A stretch of DNA of 64,000 bases from assembly GCA_011109175.1 (NCBI GenBank), contig RDEW01000001.1, forward strand, positions 214,594 to 278,593, in the 5' to 3' direction. Source of the stretch: Dicyema japonicum. Its lineage: Eukaryota; Animalia; Dicyemida. Shown here one piece after another: positions 25,150-36,528 of this stretch. The first letter of the stretch is position 1. Each line of letters starts with the position of its first letter. The translations under genes were made by a program, and so were the position numbers. The notes below the pieces were generated by a model. It saw only the letters and a list, made by a program, of their open reading frames with translations. It was not told the origin of the DNA and searched no databases.

Positions 25150-25920
25150 GTCTTTTCTCAAGAGATAGTTTAGTGTGTTTGCGATTTTTTAATTTAAGAA
25201 GTGGAAAGGTAATATTTCTTAGATTGTTGAAGATACAGTAGATATGTATTTATAGGTGATCTATCAAAAACAAAATCTTGGTTTTCCAAATTTACTGTTC
25301 AATTGGATTAAATTTGTTATATTCCTTAAAACTGAGTTTTATAATTGTAATTTTTTGACCCTAATGTGGTATCAGATTTTATTGAATAAATCAAAAATAA
25401 AATCAATCTCTACGGAGCTCAAAATGTTTATAATGCTTACGAAACTTTATTTTACAAAATGATCCCGTCCAAAAGTGTTTGTAAAAACCTTAAATCTGGT
25501 TATATAAGCATTGACACAGAGTTTCAGTCATGTTATGTGCAAATGTGGACGGTACAGATAAACGAACACCCTTACTAATTGGGATGTTTAAAAATGTTAG
25601 ATGTTTCAACAAATTTGATATTAAAAAATATGCCACATATTCTATTTTAAAAAAGCATTGATGGATTGCCAAATTTTTAATCAATTTTTTTGAAATGGGA
25701 AATAGAATTGGGGAAGCATAATAGAAAAATTTTGCTTGTTCTAGATAAATGTCCTGCACATATGGTGAATTCCATAAAATTTACATTAGGTTTTGATTGA
25801 ATTAAACCAAATTGGAATAATATTTCTATAAGAGAATACAACGTCGTTTTTTGCAACCACTTGATCAGGGTATAATCAAATCGTACAAATGCAATTTCAA
25901 TTCTATTATTTTTTTAATAC
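25150..25920 (+). mobile_element. pogo/Tigger-like transposase remnant (duplicated at about 28830-29520)
   Basis: KSWFSKF, VSVMLCANVDGTDKRTPLLIG, RKILLVLDKCPAH and LQPLDQGIIKSYK. Confidence 0.75.
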
Positions 25921-27040
25921 AGCAAATTGAAGCTGGACCTATTTTGGATACAAAAATTAAACTTAAATGATGCTTATTACTAATAAGATTTGAAATGTTT
26001 GGTCTCGTGTCACTCAAAGCAACGCGCATATCGTTCTTAATCCGAAGGCGATTCCTATTCCGGATTTTCAATTATGCGAGATGTGACATCGCAATTTCAC
26101 ATAAATATGTCGTCTGGAATGGTATCAATCTTTCTAGTGCATGACAGCTAAGGGATGGAAAGCTGCTACTTAAATTGCACCAAAATTCCATTTGGATAAA
26201 TTTTTATATCTATGGTCATTCAAAAAACTTATTATAGAATCATATAACTCCGAAACTCTTGTTAAAGCACTTCCTTTCGAAATCCATCTTACTTTTGTGT
26301 GGAACAGTAAGATAGATTGTTCTGAGTCAAGTTCACATATTCGCTGAAAAATTCTGATTCAATGCCCGTGAACGAACAATATTAATTATTTTTATAATTT
26401 GTTCAAGAACATCAATTATATCCTGTGGCAATGTTTTTTGAAGAAGAGAATATAGTACGCAATGATTCGTCTGTAATTGAGGATTAACTTTTTTGATGAG
26501 AGAATAATCCTGACCGATAACCAAGCATTGAAGGAGCTCCGTCCGTACATATTGAACCAACTTTACTCATTCAATTTTAACTAATTTCATAAAACTATCC
26601 ACATCAAAAACATCTTGACCACGTGTTCTGCCTAAAAGTTCCAGACAACAAATGAAAATCATCAATTATATTGTCGTTTTCGACAAAACGAACATACGAA
26701 ATCACTGACAAACGTGTGTTGTATCAGCTGATTCACCAAACTGGAGACTTATAGGGAATGAATTTTCTTTAATACGATTCACTGTCTGGGTCAAAATATC
26801 ACCAGGCATATCTTGAATTCTTCGAGATATTGTATTATTTGAGAGAGGAACCTCTTCAAATGCAAATCAGTTCAATAATTTCTGCAATGGAGACAACGGA
26901 AGTTTTTACTACAAAGTCACCATAGGCGCTTTATTTTTTTTCAATTATGTAGACAACCTATTTTTGATTATAAATAAAATTACATCTTAAGATGCACGAA
27001 GAGTAGTCTTATTCTTTGAAAACATTAAAAGTGACAAATT
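25860..27040 (-). mobile_element. hAT (Buster/ZBED5-like) transposase remnant (duplicated at about 29540-30650)
   Basis: ICTDGAPS, TNHC and KTLPQDIIDVLEQIIKIINIVRSRALN. Confidence 0.8.
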
Positions 27041-27233
27041 TTTGGTCAGCAATGGCTAAACTGAGGGAAGGATTGCTAAGAGCCAGAAAATTTTAAATTT
27101 AAAAATTGGCCAATTTAGATGATCGACTGTTTGCAGTTGCACAATCTATTTTAATATTTTTTCCTCAATTTTTAAATTTAGAATATACACAAGATAACTT
27201 TTGAACAACCCATGAAAATTAAAAAATGAAATG

Positions 27234-27458
27234 TTAGTAATCAAGTAATATTAATCTAGTAGGTTCGATTGGTGTTTCCCTCCTCTTGTAATGAACAGTG
27301 GCAATAATTATAATTGTAGTAAAAATGATCGAAATAATACTACTGATTATCACCGTTCGAATAATTGATTTACTTTTAACTGGAGTATTGAGATTTGGAA
27401 TTATCTCTTTTCGAATTGACTGTTTAGGTATAATTTGAGTATAACATTTGTAAATGTG
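27234..27458 (-). pseudogene. LAMP-like family, copy 3 (stalk, TM and tail only; cut by the Tc1 fragment)
   Basis: ORF 27234-27470. Similarity to copy 4 ends abruptly at 27458. Confidence 0.7.
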
Positions 27459-27468
27459 ACAAAGTAAC

Positions 27469-28200
27469 ATGCAAAAGTGTCGAGATCAATTCAAAAGTGA
27501 CGAAAATGTTTCAAAAGAAACCATTCGAGTCCACTTGGACGGTGCCTGTTATTCTTTGAAAGATATCAGGTATGAACCAGAGAAAGGCAATAGTGAATTA
27601 AATAAAGAAAAAAAAAAATTTATAACTTCATTATTGGAATATCAATCGGAGGAAATTCCAATATTATTTATGGATGAAACAAATATAAACATGCACATAT
27701 CCCATAAAAAGGGTTGATCAAAAAAGGAACAAGGGCTAATGTCGTTGCAACAAGTTCGCGAGGTGCCAATGTACATTTCATTGGTTGCATCGGGTCCCTT
27801 GGATTGTTGCATTATGAATTCAAACGTGGATCCTTTAATAAAGAATCCGCCCATGAATGGGTGAGAATTTGTCTACGAAAAGCCAGGGAAGTTTACAATT
27901 TTCCAGTAGTGCTAGTAGTAGACAATGCTCCATGCCATTCAGGAATTGAAGAAATTGTCAGAGATAATGAATTCATCGGAAATAAAATTTTAAGATTGGG
28001 TCCCTATAGCCCTATGCTCAACCCAATTGAGAATATTTGGTCAGTTTTCAAAGCTGATGTAAAAAGACACATTGCTACAGATATGAAAAATATTTTGAAT
28101 GGTGTGAGACAAGAAGCTTTGTCAACTACGGAGTTTCGACTTTAAAAGTTAGAAGAAAGTATGATTAATTCATTATGTATAATCACTCCATCTTTATGCA
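27469..28200 (+). mobile_element. IS630/Tc1-type transposase, DD35E, 5'-truncated
   Basis: FMDET, VVDNAPCH and YSPMLNPIE, with 35 residues counted between the second D and the E. One TGA plus a frameshift near 27715. Confidence 0.85.
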
Positions 28201-28278
28201 ACACCGTAATTACTAGAATTCAGAGGTTGGCCCCATCGGTGTTAAATAATGATGACATGGTTTATTAAATAATTTTTG

Positions 28279-28434
28279 TTCCACTTTGCTTTTGGTAAGT
28301 TCCACTTTGCTTTTGGTAAGTTCCACTTTGCTTTTGGTAAGTTCCACTTTGCTTTTGGTAAGTTCCACTTTGCTTTTGGTAAGTACCACTTTGCTTTTGG
28401 TAAGACCCACTTTGCTTTTGGTAAGACCCACTTT
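28279..28434. repeat. 21-bp minisatellite, 7 full units plus 9 bp
   Basis: Unit TTCCACTTTGCTTTTGGTAAG with no spacers. Variant units cluster at the right end. Confidence 0.95.
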
Positions 28435-28449
28435 AAACCTGAAATGGTA

Positions 28450-31090
28450 TAGTAAGATTAAATTTACTTGTCACAAATTGAATTAATTTAATTAAACATC
28501 CAAGAGTAATTTTAATCATGTCTGTTGTTTTACAAAATAAGCATAAAAAAGAGTAAAATCTTCTGATGAACTCACTCATTTAGAGTTAACAATCAAGGTG
28601 TGTAAAAAAGGTTGATATTATTAAAATGAACAATTCCAAAACCTGAATATTCAGGGTTGGAATCTTGTTTTGTCTATTCCCGTTTAAGATTCCACGCATC
28701 TAGATGCTTATGGGATTGACAAAAATGACACCGTCATCAACGATTCGAAATAACAAAAACCTTTTATTTATCCTTCCACTTGTCGTATGTGAATTGCTTA
28801 TTAGGACTGTATTTCTTCCTTTAAGCCTTTTCCGTCTTTTCTGAAGAGATAGTTTAGTGTGTTTGCAATTTTTTAATTAAAGAAATGGAAAAGTAATATT
28901 TCTTAGATTGTTGAAGATACAGTAGAATATGTATTTATAGGTGATCTATCAAAACAGAATCTTGGTTTTCCAAATTTACTGTTCAATTGGATTAAATTTG
29001 TTATATTCCTTAAAACTGAGTTTTTAATTGTAATTTTTTGACCCTAATGTGGTATCAGATTTTATTGAATAAATCAAAAATACAATCAATCTCTACGGAG
29101 CTCAAAATGTTTATAATGCTTAGGAAACTTTATTTTACAAAATGATCCCGTCCAGAAGTGTTTGTAAAAACCTTAAATCAGGTTATAAAGCATTGGAACA
29201 CAGAGTTTCAGTCATGTTATGTACAAACGTGGACGGTGCAGATAAACGAACATCCTTACTAATTGGGATGTTTAAAATTATAAATGTTTCAAAAATTTGA
29301 TATTAAAAAATATGCCACATATTCTATTTTAAAAAAGCATTGATGGATTGCCAAATTTTTAATCAATTTTTTTTGAAATGGGAAATAGAATTTTTGATTG
29401 AATTAAACCAAATTGGAATAATATTTCTATAAGAGAATACAACGTCGTTTTTTGCAACCACTTGATCAGGGTATAATCAAATCGTACAAATGCAATTTCA
29501 ATTCTCTTAAATTTTTTTAATACAGCAAATTGAAGCTGGGATAGATACCTATTTTAGATACAAAAATTAAACTTAAATGATGCTTATTACTAATAAGATT
29601 TGAAATGTTTGGTCTCGTGTCACTCAAAGCAACGCGCATATCGTTCTTAATCCGAAGGCGATTCCTATTCCGGATTTTCAATTATGCGAGATGTGACATC
29701 GCACTTTCACATAAATATGTCGTCTGGAATGGTATCAATCTTTCTAGTGCATGACAGCTAAGGGATGGAAAGCTGCTACTTAAATTGCACCAAAATTCCA
29801 TTTGGATAAATTTTTATATCCATGGTTATTCAAAAAACTTATTATAGAATCATATAACTCCGAAACTCTTGTTAAAGCACTTCCTTTCGAAATCCATCTT
29901 ACTTTTGTGTGGAACAGTAAGATAGATTGTTCTGAGTCAAGTTCACATATTCGCTGAAAAATTCTGATTCAATGCCCGTGAACGAACAATATTAATTATT
30001 TTTATAATTTGTTCAAGAACATCAATTATATCCTGTGGCAATGTTTTTTGAAGAAGAGAATATAGTACGCAATGATTCGTCTGTAATTGAGGATTAACTT
30101 TTTTGATGAGAGAATAATCCTGACCGATAACCAAGAATTGAAGGAGCTCCGTCCGTACATATTGAACCAACTTTACTCCATTCAATTTTAACTAATTTCA
30201 TAAAACTATCCACATCAAAAACATCTTGACCACGTGTTCTGCCTAAAAGTTCCAGACAACAAATGAAACTCATCAATTATATTGTCGTTTTCGACAAAAC
30301 GAACATACGAAATCACTGACAAACGTGTGTTGTATCAGCTGATTCACCAAACTGGAGACTTATAGGGAATGAATTTTCTTTAATACGATTCACTGTTTTG
30401 GTCAAAATATCACCAGGCATATCTTGAATTCTTTGAGATATTGTATTATTTGAGAGAGGAACATCTTCAAATGCAAATCAGTTTCATAATTTCTACAATG
30501 GAGACAACGGAAGATTTTACTACAAGGTCACCATAGGCGCTTTATTTTTTGCAATTATGTAGACAACCTATTTTTGATTATAAATAAAATTACCTCTTAA
30601 GATGCACGAAGAGTAGTCTTATTCTTTGAAAACATTGGAAGTGACAAATTTTTGGTCAGCAATGGCTAAACTGAGGAAAGATGGCAAAGAGCCAGAAAAT
30701 TTTCAAGAAAAATTTTCAAAAATTTTCAATTTAAAAATTGGCCAATTTAGATGATCGACTGTTTGCAGTTGCACAATCTATTTTAATATTTTTTCCTCAA
30801 TTTTTAAATTCAGACTATACACAAGATAACTTTTGAACAACCCGTGAAAATTAAAAATGAAATGTTAATAATCAAGTAATATTAATCTAGTAGGTTCGAT
30901 TGGTGTTTCCCTCCTCTTGTAGTGAACAGTGGCAATAATTATAATTGTAGTAAAAATGATCGAAATAATACTACTGATTAGCACCGTTCGAATAATTGAT
31001 TTACTTTTAACTGGAGTATTGAGATTTTGAATTATCTCTTTTCGAATTGACTGTTTAGTTATAATTTGAGTATAAACATTTGTAAATGTG
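28450..31090. repeat. Segmental duplication, copy B
   Basis: See copy A. Lacks about 80 bp of pogo sequence present in A near 25710-25790. Confidence 0.92.
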
Positions 31091-31812
31091 GCTCTTTGTG
31101 GATGTGAGAATTATTAATAATAGGAATCGTCACTTTGAGTAGGGCGTTTAATTATAATAGAAGTTTGGTTAATATTTCGATAGACTGTCTTATATGTATA
31201 ATTTGAACAATATTGCCCTAAAATAAATAAGTACAATAACCCTGATATCCAATTACTCTATTACTGATTATTTTGGTTCTAAAACAAGAAATATTGAGAG
31301 AAACGTCGGAAGAAAATTTTTTAAAAATAATTTGACAATATATTCAAAGAGTTCATCAATCAATTGCCTGTGAAGGGTAATAGTATAATTAATATTATCT
31401 ACGAATGAATAACTATATTTACAAATAGATAGTTTATCTTTCCTAGGTAATATTGCCCACCAGGCACCAAAAAGAACGTAAAATATAAAATAATATTTTG
31501 TGATGATAAAATAAGAATAATTTTATCTTTTAATGAAATTCTATGTAAGTTTGAATTTACCTTATTAAATATGAAACTCATATTCTAATATTAATAGAAA
31601 ATTACAAACTTTATGATCTTTCATGTATGTTACTTCTACAATTCCTCTTAAAAATGCTTTATTTGTGCATTCCAAGGATTTAAATATTTCAAATTACACA
31701 TTCTATGATAGTTATTTAAATCACCAAAGTCAACATTAGTATAAACCATTTGATATAGAATTACAGGACTTAAAATAATTAATAATTCATGTCCACATAA
31801 TGATAAGGTCAT
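30865..31812 (-). pseudogene. LAMP-like family, copy 4 (full length, three 1-nt deletions)
   Basis: Colinear with copy 2. Frameshifts lie in A/T runs. Tail is RETPIEPTRLILLDY. Confidence 0.65.
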
Positions 31813-31949
31813 TTATAGGTTATCTTTTATTTATTTATGGGTTATTTTATAATTATTAATAATATATAAATAAACTATTAATGTTATTAACTTTTTCCTT
31901 GTCTGTTTGGGCATTTAGTTGGTTGCTTCGTTCTATAACTCATTTTTTT

Positions 31950-34171
31950 GATTTGTTTGGAAAACAACTCGAATATCTCATCATTCGATTTTGGTTGGGG
32001 ACATGAACGCAAAGCATGTTGATTATGGATGTGTTACAACAAATCAGGATGGAAAATGTCTTATAAAGTGGATGGAATCAGGAGAATTGAAAATTTTGAC
32101 GTCAGCAGAAATAAATCACTATGCAACTTATAGTGGTGATAAACTTGGATTGTTCATAATGCCTCTGACGATGAGTGAAATGTGTGATCCTCCATATATC
32201 GAAAATGACATAGGAAGTGACCACATCCCACAAACGATTGAATTAAAAACTGGTCCGGTTTACACACGACAGTTATTCATTGGATATGATGTCAGCAAAA
32301 TTGATTGGAATCACTTCAATTTCTACATCAGGCTGAAAATTGGTAATGTTTGTGATTTGGGGATTTCGAAACCGGAAGATATCGACATTCTGGATAACAA
32401 AATAAGATCTTTGTTGTTAAGTTATCTGGAAAATTATGGAAAAAGAAAAAATCTGTTGCCGCAGGAAAATATGATAATAGGAGTAGAAGAACGCTCTTTG
32501 CGTCAGGAGAAGAATAAGTTAGAAAATAAATTAAAGAGGTGTTGGGATATCTTCGACTCTCAAGAACTTAAAATGCAGATCAAGTTAGTGAAGAAGAAAA
32601 TAATGGATGTTGTAAAGAAGAATGAAGAAAAAGTATGGAAAAGAGAATGTTCAAAGTTACGTCGACAGAACCCAAAATTTTGGAAACTATATGCAAGAAT
32701 GAATTCTCCCAGTAATAAGAATGAAGAAATATCTCTCAAGTCAGATGATGGTCTCACTATTCCAAAAGAAGAAATTCCAAATGTTTTACGTCGACAATTG
32801 TCCAAAATTCAAGAGATAGATCCGGCATCTTTTATTCCGATAGAAGTACAAGATACAAGAAGTAGTTATAAAGAAAAGTCGAAACTGAGTGGTCCCTTGT
32901 GTCATCCTATAACGCTGGAAGAAATAAATGCTGCAATTAAGGGTTGCAAAAATAAAGCACCAGGGTGGGATTTTATCCCAATGAGTATTTTCAAGAACGC
33001 AGGCCCAATTTTGATTGAGTGCCTAAAAATATTATATAATTCTTCTTGGAGTTTTGGTCATGTTCCAGCTTATTGGAAACGAACAATTGTACGCATGGTT
33101 GTGAAAAAAGGAAAGCCAAGGTCAAAAGCAGATAGTTATAGGCCAATTAGCCTAGTCTGCTCAATATCGAAAGTTATGGAAAAAATTGTTTTCAATCGTC
33201 TATCAAGGCATGTTGAGGATAATAATTTTCTCTCTGATAATCAACTGGGATTTCGGCATAAAAAAGGGACTGGAGATTGCTTTAAAGAGCTAAGATCTGC
33301 AATCGAAATTTCACGAAATAAAAAGGAATTTCTTACAATAGCATGTTTGGATATAACAAAAGCGTTTGACAGTGTTTGGCACTTTGGACTTGTTGATACG
33401 TTGTCAAAAGCAGAAATTGGGAAAACTGCGTTATTATGGATAGAAAACTTTCTTTCAAAAAGAAAGTCATATATACGTGTTGGAAATTTAATTTCAAAGA
33501 AAATTGAATTGCGAAGAGGAGTTCCACAGGGTTCAATTCTCAGCCCGCTACTCTTCAATTGCGTAATGAGAGATTTGCCGAAAACAGAGAGCGTAAATAG
33601 TCAAATGATTATTTATGCTGATGACATTCTTGTGCTTGATTCAAGCATGAATAAACAAATTTCATGGAAAAGGGTGGAATCCCATATTACTAAGATTGGA
33701 AAGTGGTGCCAAAACAATGGGTTGACTCTATCGAGGGAAAAAACAACAGTCACTTGGATTGCAAGTAAAAGAAAAAATATTAATCAATGTGTGAATACTG
33801 GGGATATAAAAATCTCTGAAACATTGAAGTATCTCGGATTGTTGATAGACCGAAGAGGATCTTTCAAGGAACATATTAAAACACGAAGAAAGAAAGCTAC
33901 AGGAATGTTGAAATCTTTAATTCGATTTCATTTGGAGCCTGAAACTTTTCTTTTTGTGTATTCGGCGTGTGTTGAACCATTCTTGATATATGGTTATCAA
34001 GGATGGTTTAGAACAAAAGAAAGTGATGTCTTTGTCAAAAAATTGGAAAAGTCCAGAAGATTTGCGATTAAATTGGCATATGGACTGGACTTAAAATCTA
34101 ATATCGAAGAGGATTACGACCTGAAAGTCAGAAAGATAGAAAAATTATTACATCACTTATGGAAAATGTGA
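31950..34171 (+). mobile_element. 5'-truncated APE-type LINE with an uninterrupted 726-aa ORF
   Basis: GDMNAKH and GSDHIP (APE C-half), KAPGWD, YRPISL, LDITKAFDSV, GVPQGSILSP, YADD, KYLG. Confidence 0.92.
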
Positions 34172-34329
34172 TGTAATTTTTGGGGTCCAAACGAAGTAGA
34201 GACATGTGGTGTCTCATAAAATGACCCTACACGATGAATACAAACCCACTTAATTAGTTTTGGTTCAGGTTTTGGTTTCTTTACAGTAATTAGTTTTGGG
34301 GTTTGTTAGAAAATAAAATTTGTCTTGTC

Positions 34330-34700
34330 TTGGTCTTGAACAACAGTAGGCTCCGTGGTGCCACTGGAGCTACAATACAAAGGAATATATTACAAGGTTG
34401 AGAAACATACTGCAGGCCGAATAGAAATATTCTACAAAAACGAAGGAACCTTTTGGGGGACGCAGCAGCAAAATGGTCAAAATCTCCGGATATTTTCCAA
34501 GTTGGACCTAGTACCCACACCAATTGATCCCTACATTCGTATCCGGGTCTACACGGGACTTTGTTAGCCAGGCCATTGATCTCTACAGGACCTGGACTAC
34601 TGTGGATGTCATACTCGAGTTGGCACTTACAGGGGGTACCAACATTAATTGTTCCCTAAATTCGAATTGGGATCTACATGGGACTTTGTTAACCACATCA
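34330..34700 (+). pseudogene. SRCR-like domain remnant
   Basis: A 19-nt intron gives RLRGATG...QGRIEIFYKNEGTFWGT, with GPGLLWMS downstream. The frame cannot be kept open. Confidence 0.4.
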
Positions 34701-35859
34701 TCGGTCCCTGCAGGACGGTTTGGGACCACCGTGGAATAACATACTGGGGAAAGGACCTACAAAGGGAGAACTAACTGGAAATGGGCGTACTGGCTTTGTA
34801 CCTACAACGTTCTGGAGATAAATTAGTAATTCGATGGATATCAAGGATAAGGGTACCCGGAGGAACTGTCCATGCCAACCGGCGGAGTTACCTATTCCAT
34901 AACTTGTTGTTTTAATTCATTTTCAAATTTCAATGAACAACAGTCGTCCAACACTTGTGAATACTAAAATTTACCTCCAGGATTTTTTGATTTGCTGAAG
35001 GGGGTTTTTGTATTATTTTTTGAGGTTGATTTTTCATCTTAGTCTTTCGAAATGTGATTGACTTTTTTGGGTATTTGATAGTAGATCATCCATTATCCAA
35101 AATTGTAGTAAATCCTTGTGCTACTCCATTTTTATCTGGATGTCTCTACTCTAAACGACTTTCTGTAGATGTACGGAATCATATTTACCTGAGGATGTAA
35201 TACCACGGACTCTCCTCCCAATAAGTGTTATGGTCACTGAATTAAATGTAAATTACCCAAAGTATTGATTTCTAATCGTATATCACCCTCGACTTAGTAA
35301 ACCCCACATTTCCTCACGATCGCTATCGAGGTCAACTGGAGAGTCACTTTGTTTCACGAACGTCATTTTTTCTGAGTGTAGCCAGACGTCCTAGGCTCTT
35401 GAGAAAATATAGACTTATGCTTCACTTTTGTAGACAAAATAGTACATAACGTGAACAGATTTGAAAGTCTTTGTATGTCATTTTACCTATATACCTTTTT
35501 TTCCTCGATTGTACTTGTACCACACCCGACGATGTTAAATAGAGAGTACAACACATATGGACTCACATACTAGTGACTTACTCTATTTGCCGTTTCCATC
35601 TAGTGACTTAACTCTTGTCCAAGCCTACATCCTCCACCATTGTAGCGAGTCAGACAGACTCCAGTGATGTTTGACAATATCATTAAGTGAAGTATATCTC
35701 GGAATCTCGCCGCGTTTATTTAGAAAGAAATAGCATGTTGTCCATATGCATCGATCGTTTTACTACATATTTCAAACTCATTGATTCTTTCCCCGCTTCA
35801 CCCGTGAATCCCAGTATTGATTCAAACATTTCAGTGTTATGTCAAATTTATCTTCACTT

Positions 35860-36060
35860 TCGACTTTTTAGGTAATCGCAGACATTTGAGTACTCTGTAT
35901 ATGAACATTTTGACTGATGGTTTTCTGGAGTTCAAAATTCGGGGCGTAATTGATCTGTAAAAGAGTACGGAAATAGTTGTTTGGCCCCGATATGGCTATC
36001 AAATTTGACCTTGCAGAGATTCGGTAGGTTAACGGAAAATTTGTTTAAGGTGCACGCGAA
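35860..36060 (+). pseudogene. Second SRCR-like remnant
   Basis: YGNSCLAPIWLSNLT resembles the SRCR FGxGxGPIWL motif and sits between candidate short introns. Confidence 0.3.
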
Positions 36061-36528
36061 TTACATAGTTCAGTTTTTAAGTTGACATGCACTCCCTCAA
36101 AATGAAGAGGCATATATGTGTGCCCTTCATTTCCACACCTATGAATTTTGTTCCGTTCTTTTGTTTTAAAGTGTGTACAAATACTGAAGTCTTCGATTAT
36201 TTGGTAATATCGAGGGCACTGCTACTCCTCAGTCTCCAAAATTGCCGTCCTCTATGTGACTGCAAATCTTTGACTATGAGAAAAAGATTGGACTCAGTGC
36301 TCATTTTCTTAGTGATCTCTCACGTGTAAAACTGTCAAAAAGTTGTAAATGTTTTGAAATGTGGTGTTTTTAAATCTACTACCTACACTCAATAGAGCAA
36401 TCAGGCATTAATTGTTGTTGCTCTAATATTAAAAAATAAAAAATAATTTATTAAATGTAATACAAAATCATATCTTTTTGTCACGAGGTCTGTATGGACG
36501 TTTAGGTCTGGGATAATAATCAATATGT

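Larger units (their letters stand above)
24768..27458. repeat. Segmental duplication, copy A
   Basis: Colinear and highly similar to 28450-31090; both begin TAGTAAGATTAAATTTACTTG. Confidence 0.92.

Noticed and set aside
28279-28434. CRISPR array or a genuine heptad-repeat protein
   Set aside because: There are no spacers and the context is eukaryotic. The ORFs arise because the unit is a multiple of three, and there is no ATG.
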